The position numbers and the translations under genes are program-made. Of a stretch of DNA of 64,000 nucleotides, positions 9,997-19,816 are shown one piece after another; position 1 is the first letter of the stretch, and the number at the start of each line of letters is the position of its first letter. Origin of the DNA: Candidatus Segatella caccae (GTDB taxonomy: Bacteria; Bacteroidota; Bacteroidia; Bacteroidales; Bacteroidaceae); the NCBI GenBank assembly GCA_900556395.1, contig USOQ01000002.1, forward strand, positions 219 to 64,218, read 5' to 3'. Under the pieces are notes generated by a model. It saw only the letters and a program-made list of their open reading frames with translations. It did no database searches and was not told the DNA's origin.

Positions 9997-11478
9997 TTAT
10001 TCTTTAAACTTGCTGTAGATCACCTTTATCTGTACAGGACTGGCGGGTTTGCCTTCGCTGTCGGTAGAATTGTCTCCCTTGAACAGTCGGGTAGTTGTAA
10101 GTCCCATGTCGTGAGTAATCTTGCTCACATATTGGTAGGAGTCGCGTGTGACGTAGCTGATGCTAACAGGCAACAGTGCTACCTTGTTCCAGTTTGCTGT
10201 GCGTTTAGCTACAGGCACCTTATACATTTCGGTAATCAGATTGCCGATATTATTGAAAGTATAGGCATTCTTGGGTGTTGATGAACTACTCGAGTTGTAT
10301 GCTGCCGTATAAGAAGTACGGTAGTTGGTGATATTGCCATGCTCAAAAAAGCTTTTCAGACTATCTACAGGAATCATCAGAATGTTATCGGGAGTAGCAA
10401 ACGTGTATTCATCTTCGCTTACTTCGTTGTTCATTCTTGGGAAGGTGACAGAAGCCAAGGCCAATGTATCTTTTTCGTGTCCTCGCATGATATCTTCTAC
10501 GGGTAGAGTTGCTGTAGTATAGATACCTGCAGGCGACTTGATATAGGTGCATTGGGATTCCTCCAGCATGCTGTTGATGCTATTTGGATCGTTCTCAATG
10601 TAGTTGGTCTGTAACACTTCCTGTGTACTGAGGAAAGGATAGGAGTAGTTTCTCTTTTCCGTGCTATCACGCAGTCCGTCGTAAGACTTGATGTTTTTCC
10701 ATCTTTCCCAGCAGAATACCATTTGCATAACATTAACCTTGGCTACGTTTCCGATGCCCGACTCATGCTTGATGTAGAAGCCAGGACAAACGTTGTGTAC
10801 AAACTGGTAGTTGTTTTTGAAGTACTCTGGGTGATCCTTACGCATGAGCATGAGATATTCACCATAGTTGGCGTATTTGATGCCGTTCTTCCTATAGGGG
10901 TTGTTGAGATAAATCTTGAAGTATTTATTCTTCAGCGAATAGGTTGACGACGCCTTATATCCATTCTCTGTATCTACGTATCCCTGAGCAATGGGGTCGA
11001 AGTCAGAGTAATAGTTCTGTCCTTCCTCCATAGGCTTTTTCATCTCATAGGCTGTAACCTTCATGGGTGCGAGGGTATCGCCGTATGCACTCTCGTAGTT
11101 GACAATGAGGTAACAAGAGTCTGCTGTTACTTTTCCACCCGTATAAACTCCGTTCTCGTATTCTCCACCATGGGCGTAGCGTATGTAGTCCAATGTGTCG
11201 AGTTCAAAGGAAGACAGGGTAGAGAACTGTGCCATGTAGTTGCCCGTTACGTAGTTATTGGTCTCAGGGTCTTTCACCATGCCAATGATACCATTGCTGT
11301 TGTTGCTGAGAACAGCACCTGTGGCTGCTGATTCTGTTACCACGTTATAGCGTGCGTCCGAGATATTGAGGCCATCTACTCTGTTGGTAGTAGTCTGACC
11401 TATTATGTCGGTCGTGTCATCGCATGATGCCAAGAAGATGGCTGCAATGAACAGAGTTGTTAACTTAAATAGTTTCAT
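9997..11478 (-). CDS. DUF4270-like lipoprotein
   Basis: Start MKLFKL at 11478, lipobox LASC; conserved position downstream of the GlgA-like gene. Confidence 0.75.
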   Translation of the reverse strand: MKLFKLTTLFIAAIFLASCDDTTDIIGQTTTNRVDGLNISDARYNVVTESAATGAVLSNNSNGIIGMVKDPETNNYVTGNYMAQFSTLSSFELDTLDYIRYAHGGEYENGVYTGGKVTADSCYLIVNYESAYGDTLAPMKVTAYEMKKPMEEGQNYYSDFDPIAQGYVDTENGYKASSTYSLKNKYFKIYLNNPYRKNGIKYANYGEYLMLMRKDHPEYFKNNYQFVHNVCPGFYIKHESGIGNVAKVNVMQMVFCWERWKNIKSYDGLRDSTEKRNYSYPFLSTQEVLQTNYIENDPNSINSMLEESQCTYIKSPAGIYTTATLPVEDIMRGHEKDTLALASVTFPRMNNEVSEDEYTFATPDNILMIPVDSLKSFFEHGNITNYRTSYTAAYNSSSSSTPKNAYTFNNIGNLITEMYKVPVAKRTANWNKVALLPVSISYVTRDSYQYVSKITHDMGLTTTRLFKGDNSTDSEGKPASPVQIKVIYSKFKE

Positions 11479-11507
11479 TATCCTTGAAAAAAAGTATCTT
11501 GTTTTCG

Positions 11508-12317
11508 TTATTCGTCGGGACAAATTTGGTTGATGAAGTTTTTGTAAGCTTCAGTGAAGTCGTCACCAGGGAATGTCATAACTGGTTTACCCTTCTCATC
11601 GGCATACTTGAGTAGTTCTTCTGTGACAGGAGCTTCTCCCTCAATAACACCATCGCTGTAGTCGATAGCCATCTTGCCCAGTTCCATAAAGTTGAATGGG
11701 GTATTATAGCCGTCGAGCAATTCTGATTTAGCTTCGCGGAAATCTACGCATCTCTGGAAGTTGTCACCCAACTGGCCTTTCAATTCGTTGGTATAGAGAG
11801 CTGAGATAACCTTTGCGTTAGCGAAGGAAGGTTCCTCGGCAAAAGCAGTCTTGATGTACAGCGGAGCCACTGCGCTCATCCATCCCTGGCAGATGATGAC
11901 ATCTGGTTGCCAGCGTAGTTTCTTGACGGTTTCGAGCACGCCTCTTGCAAAGAAGATAGCACGTTCGCCGTTGTCTGTATACTCGTTGCCGCTTTCGTCT
12001 GTACCCATCTGGCGATTATTGAAGTAGTCGTCGTTGTCGATAAAGTAGATTTGCTGGCGCGTTACGGGGATAGAGGCCACCTTGATAATCAATGGGTGGT
12101 CAGTGTCATCGATGATAAGATTCATTCCAGACAGGCGAATGACTTCGTGCAGCTGGCCGCGGCGTTCGTTGATAGTGCCCCACTTGGGCATGAATGTGCG
12201 AATCTCGAAGCCTGCTTCCTGCATCTTCTGAGGTAACTCACGTCCCATTACAGACATGTGGCTTTCTGCCACGTATGGGTCAATCTCCTGATTGATGAAT
12301 AATACTTTCTTTGCCAT
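11508..12317 (-). CDS. Glycogen/starch synthase N-terminal (GT5) domain protein
   Basis: MAKKVLF start; FMPKWGTINERRGQLHEVIRLSGMN; about 270 aa, single domain. Confidence 0.85.
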   Translation of the reverse strand: MAKKVLFINQEIDPYVAESHMSVMGRELPQKMQEAGFEIRTFMPKWGTINERRGQLHEVIRLSGMNLIIDDTDHPLIIKVASIPVTRQQIYFIDNDDYFNNRQMGTDESGNEYTDNGERAIFFARGVLETVKKLRWQPDVIICQGWMSAVAPLYIKTAFAEEPSFANAKVISALYTNELKGQLGDNFQRCVDFREAKSELLDGYNTPFNFMELGKMAIDYSDGVIEGEAPVTEELLKYADEKGKPVMTFPGDDFTEAYKNFINQICPDE

Positions 12318-12490
12318 AGTTATAATTTTATTCTTACGAATTAGGTGCAAAGATACAAAAAAAACTTCAGATTAAGCCAACTTTTTGACGAAAACAAGAA
12401 AAAGACTCGTCTATTTGGCATATTTTTATCATATTTCTTTCTTATTTAAGAAAAAAGTTGTTATTTTGCACCCCGAAAACAAATATAGCA

Positions 12491-13342
12491 ATGAAAGTAT
12501 TCGATAAGATTGTTGACCTCCAGAACGAACTTTTCGCTGTTCGCAAGGAGGGTAAGGAAATCGGTCTTGTACCAACTATGGGAGCGCTTCATGAGGGTCA
12601 CGCCTCTCTCGTCAAGCGCAGTGTGAAAGAGAATGGCGTGACAGTGGTATCAGTTTTTCTGAATCCTACTCAGTTCAACGACCAGGGTGACTTGGATCGT
12701 TATCCTCGTACCCTTGAGGCTGACTGCCAGCTTCTTGAGGCCTGTGGTGCCGACTATGTCTTTGCTCCATCAGTGAGTGAAATGTATCCTATAGCCGATG
12801 AACGCCATTTTGAATTTCCTCCTGTTTCTACTGTTATGGAGGGCGCACGTCGTCCTGGTCATTTCAATGGTGTTTGTCAGGTGGTAAGTCGTCTGTTCTA
12901 TATTGTTCGTCCTACACGTGCTTATTTTGGCGAAAAGGATTGGCAGCAGATAGCTGTCATCAAGCAACTTGTGAAGTACATCGGTTCTGATGTGCAGATT
13001 GTGGAGTGCCCCATCGTGCGTGATGAAGACGGATTGGCTAAGAGTAGCCGCAACACCTTGCTTGCTGCTGATGAGCGTGCCATCGCTCCAGCCATCTATA
13101 AGGCGCTGAAGGCGAGTGTAGCTTATGCCAAGAATCATACCGTGCAGGAGACTCACGACCAAGTGGTGGCCGACATCAATGCCATTGATGGTTTAGAGGT
13201 AGAATATTTCGAGATTGTAGACGGTGATAGTTTGCAGGATGTAGCTTCGTGGGATGATAGCGCTTATGTAGTGGGCTGTATTACTGTATATTGCGGTAAG
13301 ACCCCCATTCGTCTCATCGATCATATAAGATATAAAGGATAA
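12491..13342 (+). CDS. panC: Pantoate-beta-alanine ligase
   Basis: [39 protein letters not shown]. Confidence 0.96.
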   Translation: MKVFDKIVDLQNELFAVRKEGKEIGLVPTMGALHEGHASLVKRSVKENGVTVVSVFLNPTQFNDQGDLDRYPRTLEADCQLLEACGADYVFAPSVSEMYPIADERHFEFPPVSTVMEGARRPGHFNGVCQVVSRLFYIVRPTRAYFGEKDWQQIAVIKQLVKYIGSDVQIVECPIVRDEDGLAKSSRNTLLAADERAIAPAIYKALKASVAYAKNHTVQETHDQVVADINAIDGLEVEYFEIVDGDSLQDVASWDDSAYVVGCITVYCGKTPIRLIDHIRYKG

Positions 13343-13364
13343 ATCATTCTTAAAAAACGGATAT

Positions 13365-13709
13365 ATGCAGATAGAAGTATTGAAGGCTAAGCTTCATTGT
13401 GTGACAGTCACTGAGGCTAACCTCAACTATATGGGTAGCATCACGATAGACGAAGATTTGATGGATGCTGCGGGATTGATAGCAGGAGAAAAGGTACAGA
13501 TTGTAGACAATAACAACGGCGAGCGCCTTGAAACCTATATTATTAAAGGTGAGCGCGGAAGTGGTTGCATCTGTCTTAATGGAGCTGCTGCTCGCAAGGT
13601 GCAGGTAGGTGATACGGTAATTATCATTGCTTATGCCTTGATGGACTTTGAGGAGGCTAAGACTTTTGAGCCTACAGTGGTATTCCCCAAAGAGGGAAAC
13701 AAACTATAA
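13365..13709 (+). CDS. panD: Aspartate 1-decarboxylase
   Basis: KLH...[23 protein letters not shown]. Confidence 0.96.
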   Translation: MQIEVLKAKLHCVTVTEANLNYMGSITIDEDLMDAAGLIAGEKVQIVDNNNGERLETYIIKGERGSGCICLNGAAARKVQVGDTVIIIAYALMDFEEAKTFEPTVVFPKEGNKL

Positions 13710-13780
13710 AGAGAAAGTATTTTTTTATTGGAAATAAGTTAAAAAGAAGATACTAAACTTACATTAGTTTTGTAAGTTAA

Positions 13781-13830
13781 TACACCGACCGAAAGTGCAT
13801 GATTCACGATTCGGTCGGTGTGTTTTTTTT
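13781..13830. terminator. Intrinsic terminator downstream of panD (possibly bidirectional)
   Basis: ACACCGACCGAA...TTCGGTCGGTGT plus T8. Confidence 0.8.
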
Positions 13831-13848
13831 GTTTGGGGAGAACAGAAA

Positions 13849-13938
13849 TTAGTCTTTGTACCTTTTATTGTACTTTTTTTCTTTCTTGCGTGTTACACAT
13901 AAGAAAGAGAGACATAAACTGATGAGCGTTACTAACAT
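13849..13938 (-). CDS. Small putative membrane peptide, 29 aa (MLVTLISLCLSFLCVTRKKEKKYNKRYKD)
   Basis: Hand-translated; hydrophobic then Lys/Arg-rich; TATCTTTG promoter at 13994-14001 on the minus strand. Confidence 0.45.
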   Translation of the reverse strand: MLVTLISLCLSFLCVTRKKEKKYNKRYKD

Positions 13939-14101
13939 ACGGATATTACCTTTTACTATTTTAAATGTTGTGCTGAGTGCAGCATATCTTTTGCAAAGAT
14001 AGTAAAATAGTTAGAAAATAGTTACATTTCGTTTAAAAAAATGAAGAAAAAAAGAATAAACAATAAACAAAAGCAACTTGTTGTATTTGGTAAAGGCATC
14101 T

Positions 14102-14145
14102 AAAAAAAGAGAACTAAACTTGCCAATGGCGAGTTTAGTTCTCCC
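14102..14145 (-). terminator. Intrinsic terminator after biotin carrier gene
   Basis: GAGAACTAAACTTGCC-AAT-GGCGAGTTTAGTTCTC hairpin preceded by A7. Confidence 0.8.
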
Positions 14146-14179
14146 TTAATAATCTTAATGAATCGATGTTTATTGTGTC

Positions 14180-14605
14180 TTATTCAATGACAACCAGTGC
14201 ATCTTCCTCAAGAACAGCCTGACCTGGTTTAACGCAGATAGCAGTTACCTTACCATCCTTCTCAGCCTCGATGTTGTTCTGCATCTTCATAGCTTCGAGA
14301 ACGACAACAGTATCACCAGCCTTTACCTCCTGGCCTACAGCCACCTCGATGCTGGTGATAGTACCAGGCAGAGGTGCCTTTACTGCGTTGGCGGTATTTA
14401 CGTTGGCTGCTGGAGTAGCCTCAGCATCATCAGATGCAGCAGCTGGTTGTCCGAGTACTACCTTCTTCTTCTCAGGCTCAGCTTCCTGTTCCATTTCTAC
14501 TTTATAAGCTTCACCGTTGACGTTGACGTTTGCGATGTTTCCTTCAACAGTGTCAATCTGAACCTTATATTCTTTTCCGTCGATTGTATATTTAAACTCT
14601 TTCAT
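14180..14605 (-). CDS. Biotin carboxyl carrier protein (MmdC/gamma-like)
   Basis: APLPG and LEAMKM biotinylation motif; Ala/Pro-rich linker. Confidence 0.92.
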   Translation of the reverse strand: MKEFKYTIDGKEYKVQIDTVEGNIANVNVNGEAYKVEMEQEAEPEKKKVVLGQPAAASDDAEATPAANVNTANAVKAPLPGTITSIEVAVGQEVKAGDTVVVLEAMKMQNNIEAEKDGKVTAICVKPGQAVLEEDALVVIE

Positions 14606-14611
14606 TTTTCT

Positions 14612-14761
14612 TTATGGTTTAGCTGTTAAACTCAGGAACTTAGCATTCCACATCGTCTGGCGTGGCTGTATAGTGATGATGCCTGGCTCCTTGTCGTGTA
14701 CGTTATTGCCCTGATACTCGTAGAGAGCCATGGCAATCGCAGCATAAATATTCTTATCCAT
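14612..14761 (-). CDS. 49-aa MmdD/OadG C-terminus-like soluble subunit (MDKNIYAAIAMALYEYQGNNVHDKEPGIITIQPRQTMWNAKFLSLTAKP)
   Basis: Hand-translated; AAIAMAL..Y..VHD..W motif typical of Bacteroidales delta subunit C-terminus; fills the gap between carboxyltransferase and biotin carrier. Confidence 0.8.
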   Translation of the reverse strand: MDKNIYAAIAMALYEYQGNNVHDKEPGIITIQPRQTMWNAKFLSLTAKP

Positions 14762-14811
14762 TTTCTGAATCTCCAATTATTAATTATAAACTATAAATTA
14801 TAAATTGAAAA

Positions 14812-16377
14812 TTACATTGGCATACATCCGTGCTTCTTAGCAGGCAAGCTCTGACGCTTGGTGGCAAGCTGAGCCAGACCACGGCAGATGCGGAAACGAG
14901 TATTGCGTGGCTCAATGACATCATCAATGTAGCCATACTGAGCAGCCTGATATGGATTAGCAAACTTGTCAGTATACTCCTGCTCCTTCTCAGCCAGGAA
15001 TGCCTTTACATCCTCGCCTGCTTCCTTCTTAGCCTTGGCTTCCTTGCCGCAGAGTACGGCAACAGCACCGCTGGCACCCATTACTGCAATCTCTGAAGAA
15101 GGCCAAGCGAAGTTCAAGTCAGCACGCAACTGCTTGCAGCCCATCACGATGTGGCTACCACCGTAGCTCTTGCGCAATGTGATGGTAATCTTAGGCACGG
15201 TAGCCTCGCCGTAAGCGTAGAGCAACTGTGCACCATGGAGGATGACAGCGTTGTACTCCTGACCTGTACCTGGCAAGAATCCTGGAACGTCAACGAGAGA
15301 TACGATAGGAATGTTGAATGCATCGCAGAAGCGAACGAAACGAGCTGCCTTACGGCTGGCGTTTACATCGAGTACACCAGCATAAGCTGAAGGCTGGTTG
15401 GCTACGATACCTACGCTTTGACCATTGAAGCGGGCGAAACCAGTGATAATGTTCTTAGCAAACTTAGGCTGAACCTCGAAGAACTCACCATTGTCGGTTA
15501 CGGCACCAATCACCTTATACATGTCGTATGCCTGGTTAGGATCGTCTGGGATAATCTCGTTCAGAGTATCGTCCATACGGTCGATAGGGTCTGTGCACTC
15601 TACGCGTGGAGCCTCTTCGGTATTGTTGCTTGGGATGTAAGAGAGCAGGCTCTTGATCATCTCGATAGCCTCTTCCTCTGTCTTGGCAGCGAAGTGGGTA
15701 ACACCACTCTTGGTAGCGTGAACCGATGCACCACCGAGGTGCTCTGCGTCGATGTCCTCACCAGTTACGGTCTTAACCACCTTAGGACCTGTCAGGAACA
15801 TGTAAGAAGTCTGCTCCTTCATGATGATGAAGTCGGTCAAACCTGGAGAGTAAACGGCACCACCGGCGCAAGGGCCCATGATAGCAGAGATCTGAGGGAT
15901 GACGCCAGAAGCGAGGATGTTGCGCTCGAAGATTTCACCATAGCCAGCGAGAGCGCAGATACCTTCCTGGATACGAGCACCACCAGAGTCGTTCATGCAG
16001 ATGACCGGTGCACCCATAGTCATAGCCATATCCATCACTTTGCAAATCTTCTGTGCCATTGTCTCAGAGAGCGAACCACCATTCACGGTGAAGTCCTGAG
16101 CATATACATAAACCAGGCGGCCTGCGATGGTAGCACTACCAGCAACGACACCGTCGCCGAGATATTGCTTTTTCTCCATACCAAAGTTGGTGCAACGATG
16201 CAACTTGAACATATCATACTCTTCGAAACTGCCAGCGTCTACCAACATTTCGATACGCTCACGAGCGGTATATTTGCCACGTGCATGTTGCTTCTCGATG
16301 GCTTTCTCGCCACCGCCAAGGCGAGCCTGTTCGCGCTTGGCGATCAGCTCCTTAATCTTTTCTATTTGTTTGCTCAT
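14812..16377 (-). CDS. Acyl-CoA carboxyltransferase (methylmalonyl-CoA decarboxylase alpha / PccB-like)
   Basis: SGGARIQEG, GPCAGGAVYSP, DVPGFLPG, KKHGCMPM. Confidence 0.92.
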   Translation of the reverse strand: MSKQIEKIKELIAKREQARLGGGEKAIEKQHARGKYTARERIEMLVDAGSFEEYDMFKLHRCTNFGMEKKQYLGDGVVAGSATIAGRLVYVYAQDFTVNGGSLSETMAQKICKVMDMAMTMGAPVICMNDSGGARIQEGICALAGYGEIFERNILASGVIPQISAIMGPCAGGAVYSPGLTDFIIMKEQTSYMFLTGPKVVKTVTGEDIDAEHLGGASVHATKSGVTHFAAKTEEEAIEMIKSLLSYIPSNNTEEAPRVECTDPIDRMDDTLNEIIPDDPNQAYDMYKVIGAVTDNGEFFEVQPKFAKNIITGFARFNGQSVGIVANQPSAYAGVLDVNASRKAARFVRFCDAFNIPIVSLVDVPGFLPGTGQEYNAVILHGAQLLYAYGEATVPKITITLRKSYGGSHIVMGCKQLRADLNFAWPSSEIAVMGASGAVAVLCGKEAKAKKEAGEDVKAFLAEKEQEYTDKFANPYQAAQYGYIDDVIEPRNTRFRICRGLAQLATKRQSLPAKKHGCMPM

Positions 16378-16495
16378 AATTAATTATTATGTATAGTTTT
16401 CTTTTTTTAGAGTCATTGTGAGCTTCTTATGCGCACAAATCGGGGGCAAAGATACGAAAAAAACCGCAGATAGCGTGCTATCTACGGTTAAATAT

Positions 16496-18892
16496 TTAGA
16501 ATTCTATCAAAATACGTCCATTTATCTGTCTTCCTGTCAGATAGTTGGGTACAGCATACTGCTGACTTGTCACGTCTGTCACCCAGTAATAGCTGTTTAC
16601 GTTGTCTATACCGAAGAGGTTCAGACAGTCGACTCCCAACCATATATCTTTAAGAAACGACTTTTTGGTGTGTTTGGTGTTATCGTAGAGCAGGTAGCTC
16701 ATACCGATGTCGGCTCTGCGATAGGATGTCGCTCTGAAGGTGTTGGTCTCCAGTTCGCGGTGAGGAGCCGAGAAGGGGAGTCCGTCTGCAAAGGCCAACT
16801 TGAGCGACATTCGCCATCTGTCGCTACCGGGGAAGTAGTCGGTGAAGAATAGGTTCATGGCGTATCTCTGGTCGGTGGGAAGAGGAATGGTCTTTCCGCC
16901 CAGTTTCATCTGAGTGTTCATCACCGATAGGCTTATCCATGAGTCGGTGCCAGGTACAAACTCTCCATATAGTTTGAGGTCGAGTCCTGCCGCATGTCCA
17001 CTGGCTTCGTTACTGCCATAGTAGGTTACCTTTACGTTGTTTACCGAGTAAGGAACCAGGTTGGTTAGAGCCTTGTAGTAGGCTTCTGCAGAGAATTTGA
17101 ATCGCTGATTTCCCATGCGGAAACGGTAGTCGTATCCTGCAATGAAGTGTATGCTTCGCTGGCTTTTTATCTTCTGATTGAGTGATGCGATGGTTACACC
17201 ATTGATGGTAGATGTGTCTCTCAGCTCCTTGAAGAAGGGTGCCTGATAGTACAATCCCGCTGCCAGTCGGATGGTGGTATTCTCGCTATATGCAGGGATG
17301 ATGCCCAGCGAGATGCGTGGGCTGAGTATGGTTTCTTTATTGAAGCTCCACTGACTCATGCGCACGCCATAGTTGAGTGTGAAGTGTGTGTGCCCGCCCT
17401 TGCTGGAAAAGCGATAAGTGTCTTGTAGATAAGCCTCTATGCGGTTGGCGTTGAGGGTGTTGCGAGCCTTTAGCGAGTAGATCATCATCAGGTCTTTTCC
17501 TGTGTGTGGAACGCTGTAGCCTGCACTATCTCTCATCTCATATTCCACCGAGTTTTCAGAGATATGTTCCTTTTTGTAGGTCAGAGCAGCTTCCATCTCA
17601 TGGTGTTGTGCCTTGTGTTTGAACATCAACTTGGCACTCAGTACGCGAGCATTTAGGAAGTTGCGTGCGTGTTCAAAGTAAGTTCCCACACCTAAGTTCT
17701 CGCTCGTTTCTGTTTGGTCGAGCCAATATTGGCTTTGTATGTCGTATTTCTCTTGTTCCTTGGTGTAGAAAGCGCTACCAATGAGAGAGAGGCTGGTCTT
17801 GGGACTGAAGTTTCGGGTGATACCGAGTGTTCCGAAAAAGGTGATGAAACGGTCTTTCTCATGGCCGTCAAAATATACCTTGAAGCTCTTTACGTTCTCC
17901 ATGGTTCCGAAGGTTGTTTCTCGGTTCTCGGGTTCAAAGTCATAGTGATTATCCGATATGTAGCCTATCAAGTCGAGTTTCCATCTTTGGTTGGGTGTAT
18001 AACTCAGATAGGTCTGATAGTCCAGATATTTAGGCTTATATTCGCCCTTGGTCTCCATGGAGCCCAGTAGATAGGAAGTCGTCTTGTATCTCACACTATT
18101 GAGCCATGACAACTTCCTGGTTCCCAGTCCGATATAGGCATCAGCACCCAGCAGGCTGGCAGCCACGCTGCCCTCTACGATTTGCTTTTTCCCCGTCTTG
18201 GGCTTCAGAGTCTTGTAGGTGATATCAAGGGCCGAACTCATCTTATCGCCATACTTTGCAGCATAGCCTCCCGTGGAGAAGCCTATTTTGTCTACCATAT
18301 ATGGATTGATGACAGAAAGTCCCTCCTGTTGTCCGCTACGTACGAGGAACGGACGGAATACTTCCACATTATTTATATATACAGAGTTTTCATCGAAAGC
18401 ACCGCCACGCACATTATATTGCGAAGACAATTCGCTGTGTGTACTCACGCCTGCTTGTTGCTGGATGAGGTTTTCTATGGCATTGCCGCTGGCTGATGGT
18501 ACCATCTTGGCATCTTTGGTTTTCAGCTCTTGTGTCTGGCTGGTCTGAATCTTTTCGCCCGTCACCTGTACCTCGTCGATAACGTTCTCTTCAGTATGTA
18601 GCACCACCTGTAGTGTCTGCTTACCTCTTGGGCGTCGCAGAATGCGCGTTTTGGTCTTGTATCCTATCATGGAGAACTTCACCACCACACTATCTGCCGA
18701 CATGAGCTGCATAGAGAATTCACCTCTGAGCGAGGTGAAGGCTATCTTGCCCTGTTTGGCTACCGATACGGTGGCAAGCTCCACGGGATTCATGTCTTGG
18801 TCGGTGACTCTTCCTTGAAGCGTAAAACTCTGTGCCACAGCTTGTAACGTTGTGACAGATATGATTGCTAAAAATAAAATGATACGTCTCAT
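16496..18892 (-). CDS. TonB-dependent receptor-like outer membrane protein
   Basis: Signal peptide, N-terminal carboxypeptidase-regulatory-like domain, plug motif YNVRGG..DEN, C-terminal Phe. Confidence 0.8.
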   Translation of the reverse strand: MRRIILFLAIISVTTLQAVAQSFTLQGRVTDQDMNPVELATVSVAKQGKIAFTSLRGEFSMQLMSADSVVVKFSMIGYKTKTRILRRPRGKQTLQVVLHTEENVIDEVQVTGEKIQTSQTQELKTKDAKMVPSASGNAIENLIQQQAGVSTHSELSSQYNVRGGAFDENSVYINNVEVFRPFLVRSGQQEGLSVINPYMVDKIGFSTGGYAAKYGDKMSSALDITYKTLKPKTGKKQIVEGSVAASLLGADAYIGLGTRKLSWLNSVRYKTTSYLLGSMETKGEYKPKYLDYQTYLSYTPNQRWKLDLIGYISDNHYDFEPENRETTFGTMENVKSFKVYFDGHEKDRFITFFGTLGITRNFSPKTSLSLIGSAFYTKEQEKYDIQSQYWLDQTETSENLGVGTYFEHARNFLNARVLSAKLMFKHKAQHHEMEAALTYKKEHISENSVEYEMRDSAGYSVPHTGKDLMMIYSLKARNTLNANRIEAYLQDTYRFSSKGGHTHFTLNYGVRMSQWSFNKETILSPRISLGIIPAYSENTTIRLAAGLYYQAPFFKELRDTSTINGVTIASLNQKIKSQRSIHFIAGYDYRFRMGNQRFKFSAEAYYKALTNLVPYSVNNVKVTYYGSNEASGHAAGLDLKLYGEFVPGTDSWISLSVMNTQMKLGGKTIPLPTDQRYAMNLFFTDYFPGSDRWRMSLKLAFADGLPFSAPHRELETNTFRATSYRRADIGMSYLLYDNTKHTKKSFLKDIWLGVDCLNLFGIDNVNSYYWVTDVTSQQYAVPNYLTGRQINGRILIEF

Positions 18893-19033
18893 TATACATT
18901 AAACGTTGAAAAAGGCAATTTATTATGATGGGTGTCTCGTATTTTTTTAGTAATTTTGCATCCGAAACGACCCCATAGCTCCTTTAGGTAAAAAGTAGGT
19001 CAACATAAACGACATTCATATAAACAAAAAATC

Positions 19034-19801
19034 ATGTCAACCATTATTTATCCATCACCCATTTTTGGCCCTGTCAATTCACGCCGTTTGGGTGTATCGC
19101 TTGGTATTAACCTCATGCCAGCCGACGGTAAGGTATGCTCGTTCGACTGTCTGTATTGCGAATGTGGCTTTAATGCCGATTTCCGCCCCCATAAGAAGCG
19201 CCCTACGCGTGAGGAAGTGAGAACAGCGCTCCGCGACGTATTGGCAAAACGCAAGGCTGGTCATGAGCCGCTCGATGATATTACCTTTGCTGGTAATGGT
19301 GAGCCAACAGGCCATCCTGATTTCCCTGGCATTATCCAGGACACGATAGCCCTACGCGATGAGTATTTCCAACAAGTTCAGGTGTCGGTGCTCAGCAATG
19401 CCACCTATATTTATAAGCCCGAGGTGAGAGAGGCTTTGATGCAGGTGGAGAAAAACATTCTTAAACTGGATACGGTCGATATGGATTACATTCGCAAAGT
19501 AGATCGCCCGCAGCAACCCAACTATGATGTAGCTGATGTGATAAAGCACCTCAAGGAGTTTGATGGTCATGTTATCATCCAGACGATGTTTATGCATGGT
19601 GACGGCACCGACAATGTTGGCGAATCTTATGTCGCCCCTTGGTTGGAGGCAGTGAACGATATTCGTCCACAGCAAGTGATGGTCTATACCATCGATCGTG
19701 AGACTCCCGATAAGCATCTTGTTAAGGCTACCCACGAAGAACTCGATGCTATCAAGGCTCGTGTGGAGGCGTTGGGCATCCCCTGTACGGCAAGCTATTA
19801 A
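19034..19801 (+). CDS. Radical SAM protein (TYW1/COG0731-like)
   Basis: FGPVNSRRLGVSLGINL, CSFDCLYC, FAGNGEPT. Confidence 0.85.
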   Translation: MSTIIYPSPIFGPVNSRRLGVSLGINLMPADGKVCSFDCLYCECGFNADFRPHKKRPTREEVRTALRDVLAKRKAGHEPLDDITFAGNGEPTGHPDFPGIIQDTIALRDEYFQQVQVSVLSNATYIYKPEVREALMQVEKNILKLDTVDMDYIRKVDRPQQPNYDVADVIKHLKEFDGHVIIQTMFMHGDGTDNVGESYVAPWLEAVNDIRPQQVMVYTIDRETPDKHLVKATHEELDAIKARVEALGIPCTASY

Positions 19802-19816
19802 TCTGCAAGAATCAAG

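Noticed and set aside
15418..16383. 321-aa plus-strand ORF
   Set aside because: Antisense shadow of the carboxyltransferase; no motifs; expected from codon bias.
18960..19033. Possible riboswitch upstream of radical SAM-pdxK
   Set aside because: Short leader with no recognisable aptamer consensus.
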